The notes under the pieces: model-generated
Database searches by the model: none
What the model was told of the DNA's origin: nothing
The model's input: the letters and a program-made list of their open reading frames with translations, nothing else
Assembly (NCBI GenBank): GCA_030688615.1
Contig: JAUYIZ010000069.1
Location: 1,230-65,229, forward strand
Source: Desulfobacterales bacterium
GTDB lineage: Bacteria > Desulfobacterota > Desulfobacteria > Desulfobacterales > JAUYIZ01
Direction: 5' to 3'
DNA length: 64,000 bases
Part shown: one piece after another, positions 54,032 through 61,734 of the stretch
How the letters are laid out: every line of letters starts with the position of its first letter
How positions within the stretch are numbered: the stretch's first letter is position 1
Position numbers and translations under genes: made by a program

Positions 54032-55918
54032 ATGGATATTGAGACATCCAGTGCTATCAGGCTGTTCTTTCCCAATCCATCACTGACATTGGTCTATTAC
54101 GAGGCCTTGGCGAATGCATTGGACGCTGGTGCAACAGAAGTATTTATCGATATAGAAGTGCAAGCATTTGATAAGCCCGATACGCTAAAAGTTACCGTTA
54201 CGGACAATGGCGATGGTTTCACCGATGTGAACTTTGACCGCTTTAAAACGCTGTTGAAACCCAGAGACAAGTTTCATAAAGGTTTAGGACGACTTGTCTT
54301 TCTCAACTACTTTGAGAGAGTCGAAATCACTAGCGTCTGGGGTAAGAAACAAAGAAACTTCACGTTTAAAAGTGGTTTCAGCGATAAGGCGCCTATTCAA
54401 GATGTACAGGTGAAGCAGCCAAACAAAACGTCATTAACATTTACCGGCTTTTCCAAAGAGCGAGTCAAAGCTTATGACGATCTTAAGCCGGATGCTCTAA
54501 AGCCAATGATCATCGAACAGTTTTTGCCTACGCTTGATGCACGTAAGCGAGAAGACAAGACATTTAAGATCGTCCTTAGCTTGGCAACCAATGAAGTTAA
54601 CTCACAGAAGGAATTCTTCCCTCACGAGACCACGATAACACCCGACGACTTGCCGTCGATGACTAGGGTAACAATCAAGGATGAAAGCCTGGACGCCATT
54701 TCGTCTATTGAGATGTTCTATCATATTAAACAGGTAGCCGGTAGAGGAAGTTCCCTCACTGCTTTCAGTATTGATGGGCGAACAATACCAGCAAGCCTGA
54801 TACCCGAATCATCATTCCCGCTAGGTTACTTTTGCGTTTTTCTTTTTGAATCGGAAATGTTTCACTCCAACACCGATGGTGCGCGCCAAAAGCTTGTGCT
54901 GCCTGATGGCTTGCAAGAAACACGCCTTTATCGCGTATTGAGCCGTGAACTCGGCAAGGTGTTGTCAGAGAATATTCCTCAGATTACCGAAAAAAACGAA
55001 AAGACCAAAGCGCAGTTCGAAGAAAGATTTCCGCACCTGCTCGGCTACTTTGAGAAGAATACCGTTGGTCTGATTGATCGGGACGACGCTTTGACTATTG
55101 CTCAACAAAAATTCTTTCGAGTTCAGAAAGAAGTGCTTCAATGCGAAACACTTAGTGAATCAGATTATGCGAAGTCACTTGAGCTGTCGTCTCGTACGCT
55201 GACGGAGTACATCTTGTATCGCGACAAAATTATTAGCCGCATGAAAACTATGACCGAAGACAATGCTGAGTCGGATATACACAACCTGATCGTTCCTCGT
55301 TACAAGGAATTTGCACAAGGCGCCATGCCATCAGAGATATATCAGAACAATGCATGGTTGCTTGACGACAAGTTTATGGTGTTTCAGACCATTCTCAGTG
55401 AGAAGAGAATGGATACCATTATCAACGCCATACGTCTTGATGAAGAAAGTGTCGGTGATACGAGCAGACCCGATATTACCATGATTTTTTCGGCAGACCC
55501 GGCTGATGTGAAGGCTGTTGATGTTGTCGTTGTCGAGATCAAAAAGAAAACGAACGATGAAAAAGAAAATCAATATGCCATCAATCAATTGCTTGATCGG
55601 GCTGTAAAGCTGGTTGAGCACTGCCCTCACATCCAAAGAATTTGGTACTACGCAGTCATCCAGGTCGGCGACACTATGGCAGTGCGCCTGCGCCAACAAA
55701 ACTGGGCACCGCTGTTCTCGATGGGAAAAGTATTCTATCAGGAGTTTAAAACTGCGCGGCAGGATGGAAGCCTAGTCCCAACACCAACATTTGTTATGTC
55801 GTTTGATGCCATCGTGGCAGATGCCAAGTGCAGGAATCACACTTTTCTCGAAATCTTGCGAGAAGGCATGAAGAAGTACGCTGAAGAACAGGATTCTGAT
55901 GGCTGGGGCAGAGACTAA
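54032..55918 (+). CDS. GHKL (Bergerat-fold, MORC/HATPase_c-like) ATPase with C-terminal PD-(D/E)xK-like nuclease motif
   Basis: N-box YYEALANALDAGA, G1 box VTDNGDGF, G2 KGLGRLVF. C-terminal ESDIHNLIVP ... RPDITMIF ... VDVVVVEIKKK ... QLLDRAV has an E/PD/ExK/Q arrangement, as in restriction-endonuclease-fold (Shedu/DUF4263-like) domains. Confidence 0.6.
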   Translation: MDIETSSAIRLFFPNPSLTLVYYEALANALDAGATEVFIDIEVQAFDKPDTLKVTVTDNGDGFTDVNFDRFKTLLKPRDKFHKGLGRLVFLNYFERVEITSVWGKKQRNFTFKSGFSDKAPIQDVQVKQPNKTSLTFTGFSKERVKAYDDLKPDALKPMIIEQFLPTLDARKREDKTFKIVLSLATNEVNSQKEFFPHETTITPDDLPSMTRVTIKDESLDAISSIEMFYHIKQVAGRGSSLTAFSIDGRTIPASLIPESSFPLGYFCVFLFESEMFHSNTDGARQKLVLPDGLQETRLYRVLSRELGKVLSENIPQITEKNEKTKAQFEERFPHLLGYFEKNTVGLIDRDDALTIAQQKFFRVQKEVLQCETLSESDYAKSLELSSRTLTEYILYRDKIISRMKTMTEDNAESDIHNLIVPRYKEFAQGAMPSEIYQNNAWLLDDKFMVFQTILSEKRMDTIINAIRLDEESVGDTSRPDITMIFSADPADVKAVDVVVVEIKKKTNDEKENQYAINQLLDRAVKLVEHCPHIQRIWYYAVIQVGDTMAVRLRQQNWAPLFSMGKVFYQEFKTARQDGSLVPTPTFVMSFDAIVADAKCRNHTFLEILREGMKKYAEEQDSDGWGRD

Positions 55919-58761
55919 TGGGGACGGACATGAGCATGGGTGATTTGTTCGAAGACCAGCTAGAAGAAAATCAAAAGATAAGGTCAGGACCGGTGACCTG
56001 CCTCGGCATGACTTTCGAAAACGACGAGGCACGCCGCATCCATTTTACCGAGGAACTGCGCAAGAAGCTGCAGGACCCGGAGTTTCGCAATATCGAAGGT
56101 TTTCCCATCGGCAGCGAGGAGGACATTTTGAACCTGAGCGATCCGCCGTACTACACCGTTTGCCCGAACCCGTGGCTCACCGACTTCATCGCCGAGTGGG
56201 CGGTGCAAAATCCGGAACAGCCCGACGGCTACCACTATCACCGTGAGCCATTTGCTGCCGATGTGAGCGAGGGGAAAAACGACCCAATTTACAACGCCCA
56301 TTCCTATCACACCAAGGTGCCGCACAAGGCCATCATGCGTTACATCCTCCATTACACACAGCCGGGGGACATCGTGTTTGACGGGTTCTGTGGAACCGGG
56401 ATGACGGGAGTAGCGGCGCAGATGTGCGGCAACCGCGAAGTAGTTATGTCTCTTGGTTACCAGGTGAAGCCGGACGGAACCATTTTGCAGGAAGAGACGG
56501 ATGAAGATGGTAAAAAGGTTTGGCGGCCGTTTTCGAGGTTGGGCGTTCGCCGAGCTGTACTGAATGATCTTTCACCAGCGGCAACCTTCATCGCCTACAA
56601 CTACAACACACCTGTTGATGTAAGTGTTTTTCAGCGTAGGTACAGAGAAGCCATAAGAGAGTTTAAGAAACAAACAAAATGGATGTGGGAAACTCTACAT
56701 TCAGATGGAAAGACAATAGGCAAAATTAACTATGTTGTATGGTCAGAGGTTTACTCATGTCCAGAATGCTTAAAAGAAATTGATTACTTCACGCATGCGT
56801 TCACAAATAGTGCTGATGGTTCATTTGAATACACACCGGAATTTGCTTGCCCCAATTGTGGATCTTTATGCGCAAAAAGTCCCACAAAAAAATCTTTGGC
56901 TCACAAGCTATCTAGGGTTAGGCAGACGCTGTTTGATGAGAAGCTTCAAGAGACGATAAGAACGCAAAAAAGATTACCTGTTCTTATAAATTACAGTATT
57001 GGCACGAAGAGATTCCAGAAATTATTAGATTTGTCAGATCAAGAAAATATTTTACGAATTGAACGGCTTTCTATTATCAATAATATTCCTATCGACAGGA
57101 TGCCTGAAGGAGATGAATCGCGTCGAAATGACGACGAGGGTATGAGTCACGTACATCATTTCTATACGAAGAGAATTTTGGCTTCGCTGTCAATTTTGGA
57201 GAAAGTCATCGGCGAAGATCCGCAGTTGAACTTTCTAATGGGGAGCACGCTACCGAAACTTACTATTTTAAATCGCTACATGCCGCAGCATGGTGGGCGA
57301 GCATTGGTGGGGCCGATGGCTAACACGCTTTATGTGCCACCTGTTGGTGTTGAAAATAATGTTATAGACCAACTTGAGTTTCAATCAAAAAAAATTATTC
57401 AGGCATTAACACCGCTCTCAGGATCAATTATCTGTACTCATGCAGCACAATCAGTGTCGATTCCGGAGGCTTCTGTGGACTATATATTTATAGATCCGCC
57501 ATTTGGAGCCAATATCATGTATTCGGAATTGAGTTTCATGAGGGAGGCTTGGCTAAGAGCTAAAACTAACAATAAGCCAGAGGCTGTCGAAAACAAAACC
57601 CAAAAAAAGGGGATTGATGAGTATCGTCATTTAATGACTGAATGTTTCGCATCGGCTTTCAAGTGCCTCAAACCTGGCCGTTGGATGACGGTCGAATTTT
57701 CAAACACAAAAGCAAGTGTTTGGAATAGTATTCAAAATTCGCTCTCTGATGCTGGATTCATCGTCGCATCAGTAGCAGCACTTGATAAAACCCGTGGTGG
57801 TTTGCACTCAATGCTTGGGCCTACTGCCGTCAAACAAGACCTAGTCATCTCGGCCTACAAACCCAATGGAGGGTTTGAAGAACGCTTTCAAAAGGAGGCG
57901 CAAACCGAAGAAGGCGTGTGGGTTTTTGTCCGAACGCATTTGAAGTATCTGCCGGTGACCAAGCAACAGGGAGCCTTACTGCAGTTCGTTCCGGAACGTG
58001 ACCCACGCATCCTGTTCGACCAGATGGTGGCCTTCTACGTCCGCAAGGGCTACCCCGTGCCAATTTCCAGCCAGGAGTTCCAGATCGGGCTCGCGCACCG
58101 CTTCATCGAACGTGACGGCATGTATTTCCTGCCGGATCAGGTGGCCGAATACGATCGCAAGAAAATGACAGCGGGTATTTCTGGTGAATATGTCGATGCA
58201 TTATTTGTTAAGGATGAATCTACAGCTATCGAATGGCTTAGAGCACGCATTCGCAAAAAGCCACAGACATTTTCCGACATTAACCCACAGTTCATGCAGC
58301 AGCTCGGCGGGTGGAGCAAGAACGAGGCTCAGCTTGACCTGCGCGAGCTGCTGAACCAGAACTTCCTCTGTTACGACGGCAAAGGCCTGGTGCCGGAGCA
58401 GATCCACGCCTACCTCTCCACCAACTGGAAAGAGCTGCGCAATCTGCCCAAGGATGCCCCAGCCCTGGTCGCTAAGGCCCGCGACCGTTGGTACGTTCCC
58501 GATCCCAACAAGGCCGGCGACCTCGAGAAACTGCGCGAGAAGGCCTTGCTCAAGGAGTTCGAGGAATACAAAGAGGTCAAGAAGAAGCTCAAGATCTTCC
58601 GTCTGGAAGCTGTCCGCGCCGGATTCAAGAAAGCATGGCAGGAGCGAGACTACGCCGTCATCGTTGCCGTGGCCGACAAGATTCCAAACAACGTCCTGGA
58701 AGAAGATCCCAAACTACTGATGTGGTACGACCAGGCGGTTACAAGAATGGGAGGAGAATAA
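55918..58761 (+). CDS. large N6-adenine/N4-cytosine-type DNA methyltransferase with internal zinc ribbon (PglXI-like)
   Basis: YHTKVPHKAIMRYILHYTQPGDIVFDGFCGTGMTG (motif X/I) and DYIFIDPPFG (motif IV) are separated by ~350 aa containing CPEC ... CPNC. The start overlaps the GHKL stop (TAATG). Confidence 0.7.
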   Translation: MGTDMSMGDLFEDQLEENQKIRSGPVTCLGMTFENDEARRIHFTEELRKKLQDPEFRNIEGFPIGSEEDILNLSDPPYYTVCPNPWLTDFIAEWAVQNPEQPDGYHYHREPFAADVSEGKNDPIYNAHSYHTKVPHKAIMRYILHYTQPGDIVFDGFCGTGMTGVAAQMCGNREVVMSLGYQVKPDGTILQEETDEDGKKVWRPFSRLGVRRAVLNDLSPAATFIAYNYNTPVDVSVFQRRYREAIREFKKQTKWMWETLHSDGKTIGKINYVVWSEVYSCPECLKEIDYFTHAFTNSADGSFEYTPEFACPNCGSLCAKSPTKKSLAHKLSRVRQTLFDEKLQETIRTQKRLPVLINYSIGTKRFQKLLDLSDQENILRIERLSIINNIPIDRMPEGDESRRNDDEGMSHVHHFYTKRILASLSILEKVIGEDPQLNFLMGSTLPKLTILNRYMPQHGGRALVGPMANTLYVPPVGVENNVIDQLEFQSKKIIQALTPLSGSIICTHAAQSVSIPEASVDYIFIDPPFGANIMYSELSFMREAWLRAKTNNKPEAVENKTQKKGIDEYRHLMTECFASAFKCLKPGRWMTVEFSNTKASVWNSIQNSLSDAGFIVASVAALDKTRGGLHSMLGPTAVKQDLVISAYKPNGGFEERFQKEAQTEEGVWVFVRTHLKYLPVTKQQGALLQFVPERDPRILFDQMVAFYVRKGYPVPISSQEFQIGLAHRFIERDGMYFLPDQVAEYDRKKMTAGISGEYVDALFVKDESTAIEWLRARIRKKPQTFSDINPQFMQQLGGWSKNEAQLDLRELLNQNFLCYDGKGLVPEQIHAYLSTNWKELRNLPKDAPALVAKARDRWYVPDPNKAGDLEKLREKALLKEFEEYKEVKKKLKIFRLEAVRAGFKKAWQERDYAVIVAVADKIPNNVLEEDPKLLMWYDQAVTRMGGE

Positions 58762-58764
58762 TAC

Positions 58765-60687
58765 ATGATTACTAAATGGAAGATTTTTAACTTTAAATCC
58801 ATTCGAGAGGAAACCGAGCTGGATTTGGGCCCGCTTACGATCTTTGCGGGTGCGAATAGCAGCGGCAAGAGCACATTTATTCAATCTATCCTACTTGTTG
58901 CCCAGACGTTGGCCCATAAAGTCGGATCTCGTTCCGTCGTATTGAATGGCGCCCTTACCAGCTTGGGCCAGTTTGATGACCTGAAATCTAGCGATAGCGA
59001 GTCGGATCAAATCACCATTAAATGCACCTGCCGCCCGACGTCGGGGCAGGAGACTGCAATTCCGAGGCGTTCCCAATTTGCTTCTCGTAGCGCTTTTTAT
59101 TACGGGCAGCGCGCCAATCAGCTGCAAGAAATCGCTTGTGAGATTTCTTTCGACGCTAATCCCTCAAGTTCTCAGCGTGATCTGCTTCAGATCCAACCTC
59201 GGCTTTTTGCTACGCAATTGAATTGCATATCAAGAGACGAAGATAACGTTGATCAGAAAGCGGACATCGCCATTCACCACTCCGACAAGGCCGTTTCCGA
59301 AATTGAAGGAGCTGATGGCATTGGTGAAATCGATGACCAGGTACGCGCCAGTTTAGCCTACGCCGTTGAACTAGACGAAAGCTCCATGGCCGAGGTCAAA
59401 GATGACTTTCGCTCGGCTAAGCCTATCGGCTGTATTTTGAGACACTTCCTTCCCGAGAGAATCATATACGCTATCGATACCGTTGAAGAGACTTCGAACG
59501 CCATTACGCTGGCACTCCAAGACGATGGTCGCCGCCCATTGGTCTTGCGCCGCATGATGGGCAGAGAGATTATTCTACCTAAAGAGATCATTGCGGTTTT
59601 GCGCGAAGTACTCGAAGGCACAATCGATTTGGATCAAACATTCAAGGACAAATATAAGCAGAAGTCATTGTTTGGTTCTGAGTCTGAAACTTTTACATAT
59701 CGGGCATGGCAAGAACATCTACGCAGCCTGCCACGCGAGGATCGCCTGAAGATTCAGCAGGTGCTGCGTGAGCGTGAGGATCTTTTTGCCCGCATTCATG
59801 AGGCCATGAAAGCATCAATGGCTGAGAAGTCAGAGACGCATGCCGTTGTCCAGCCTCGACCACCGCGCTTAATAACGGAAGCCACCTGGTACCTGGAAAA
59901 CTTCTTTGCCTCATCTTTGAAATACCTCGGACCATTGAGGGATGCGCCCAAACCGCTATACCCACTCGCACCAGGAGCTGACCCGTATGACGTAGGTCTG
60001 CGCGGTGAACACACAGCTTCCATTCTTGATTTGCACAAGAACAAAAAAGTCCGCTACATTCCATCGGTAAATTTCAAAGATCCGGTAATTGATCGCAAGA
60101 CGGTGACCCGGTCACTCGAAGCGGCGGTTATCGATTGGCTCCAATATCTGAGTGTGGCACGTATAGTAAATAGCCGGGACCGGGGTAAGCTCGGTCATGA
60201 ACTGAAGGTAGGCCTTTCTAATTCGGATAGCACATACGACCTCACGCATGTGGGCGTAGGCGTTAGTCAAGTTTTACCGATTCTCGTTATGTGTCTTCTG
60301 GCCGATGCCGACTCCACAATGGTTTTTGAGCAACCGGAGCTGCATTTACATCCAAAAGTTCAGACTCTACTAGGTGATTTCTTTCTTTCGATGGCGTTAT
60401 GCAACAAGCAATGCATTGTTGAGACCCACAGCGAATATATTATTGATCGCCTCCGTTTCCGAATTGCAGCGGCATCACCCAAGAAGGAGTTGAACAGCCA
60501 GACCAAGATTTATTTCGTGGAAAAGCCATCGAATGGGTCATCTTTCCGGGAAGTGGCGATTAACGAGTATGGAGCCATTTCAGAGTGGCCGGAAGGGTTC
60601 TTTGACCAGTCCCAACAACAGGCCGAAGAGATCCTAAGAGCGGCAGCGATGAAACGGAAAGCAAGCCGCGGGAAGAATGATGCATAG
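58765..60687 (+). CDS. ABC/OLD-type AAA ATPase (AAA_15/21-like) with DUF3696-like C-terminus
   Basis: Walker A FAGANSSGKST, Walker B/D-loop MVFEQPELHLHP, H-loop VETHSEY, and a C-terminal EWPEGFFDQ motif. Starts 3 nt after the methyltransferase stop. Confidence 0.65.
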   Translation: MITKWKIFNFKSIREETELDLGPLTIFAGANSSGKSTFIQSILLVAQTLAHKVGSRSVVLNGALTSLGQFDDLKSSDSESDQITIKCTCRPTSGQETAIPRRSQFASRSAFYYGQRANQLQEIACEISFDANPSSSQRDLLQIQPRLFATQLNCISRDEDNVDQKADIAIHHSDKAVSEIEGADGIGEIDDQVRASLAYAVELDESSMAEVKDDFRSAKPIGCILRHFLPERIIYAIDTVEETSNAITLALQDDGRRPLVLRRMMGREIILPKEIIAVLREVLEGTIDLDQTFKDKYKQKSLFGSESETFTYRAWQEHLRSLPREDRLKIQQVLREREDLFARIHEAMKASMAEKSETHAVVQPRPPRLITEATWYLENFFASSLKYLGPLRDAPKPLYPLAPGADPYDVGLRGEHTASILDLHKNKKVRYIPSVNFKDPVIDRKTVTRSLEAAVIDWLQYLSVARIVNSRDRGKLGHELKVGLSNSDSTYDLTHVGVGVSQVLPILVMCLLADADSTMVFEQPELHLHPKVQTLLGDFFLSMALCNKQCIVETHSEYIIDRLRFRIAAASPKKELNSQTKIYFVEKPSNGSSFREVAINEYGAISEWPEGFFDQSQQQAEEILRAAAMKRKASRGKNDA

Positions 60688-61729
60688 TCTGCCTAGCGTA
60701 ACAATTGACGCAGGCGTGCTCGCGGTGCCTCATATTAATTGTGCCAAGGATGACGCATTCCAGTATGTGGATACGCTCCTTGATTGGAGCAAGTTGCTTG
60801 ATGAACCGTGGGTCGCCATTTGCATGAGTGAGCTGGCCTCTGAGACTCTTCTCTCCGATGGCTTGTTCCCAATGAGAGAGCAACTCAGAGAACTATTCAA
60901 TGCTCATGGTATAGTGGAATACGATGTCAATACCGTCGCCAGAATTGCAAATCAGCTTCTAGCAATTACTCCATCCTTTGAGACCTACTATCGGATCAAG
61001 GATGTCTTGTCAGAGCATCTGGAAACAGATCCGGATGTTATTCGGCTTACAACTCATGCCGGGCTCCAATCTGATCTTGCCCGATGCATAACGCTGATCG
61101 CTGTCTTGCGGCGCCACTGCTCTCAACCTCTTGGCGGCCATTCACTCATACTGAGAGAGGCGCCCACGCAGGTGATCCAATTAAGGGCCCAGATCCACGA
61201 GCTCGAACATACCAGAGATGATATTCCTGCTTTGCCGTGCCCGCCAGAGTTCTTTGAAGGCGATGTGCTGGTCTGTGACAATTTTCATGGGCTTATCGAA
61301 TGTCTCGATGAGTCAGCAATACTAGTCGGAGCGTCTGATGCTGTTGGAATGAAGCTTGCCGTCCGAATTGCCCTGTTCAAGTATGCCATTGCGCAAGGCG
61401 ATACCCATGATTGGGACGGCGTGATTGTTCCAACCATAGGGCCTGAATTTCTGGAGTTGTGCCAGCAGGTTTGTTCAGAGCAAAGAGATTCATTGCCTCC
61501 AAAAATTCTCCGATCAATCGTAGAGGCCATCAATGGGTTAAACCTTCCGGCTGTGCACGCGCTCCGTACGGGATCGGGTGGTGGTGATCCGCAACGGTTG
61601 CGAGGCTTGGATAGGGCACAGCGTCGCGATATCGACAAGGAATTCCATCTCCATTACTGGGAATGCGCCGACGGGACAGTCGAATTGGCGTCAGTCGTTT
61701 ATCACAATGATTTTTCAATTCCTAGGTGA
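60677..61729 (+). CDS. 350-aa protein of unknown family, translationally coupled to the ATPase
   Basis: Overlaps the ATPase gene by 11 nt. I recognise no motif with confidence. N-terminal VTIDAGVLAV is reminiscent of a PIN-type first strand, and C-terminal RRDIDKEFHLHYWECADGTVELASVVYHNDF is reminiscent of a RelE/ParE-like fold. Both resemblances are speculative. Confidence 0.5.
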   Translation: MMHSLPSVTIDAGVLAVPHINCAKDDAFQYVDTLLDWSKLLDEPWVAICMSELASETLLSDGLFPMREQLRELFNAHGIVEYDVNTVARIANQLLAITPSFETYYRIKDVLSEHLETDPDVIRLTTHAGLQSDLARCITLIAVLRRHCSQPLGGHSLILREAPTQVIQLRAQIHELEHTRDDIPALPCPPEFFEGDVLVCDNFHGLIECLDESAILVGASDAVGMKLAVRIALFKYAIAQGDTHDWDGVIVPTIGPEFLELCQQVCSEQRDSLPPKILRSIVEAINGLNLPAVHALRTGSGGGDPQRLRGLDRAQRRDIDKEFHLHYWECADGTVELASVVYHNDFSIPR

Positions 61730-61734
61730 TGACG

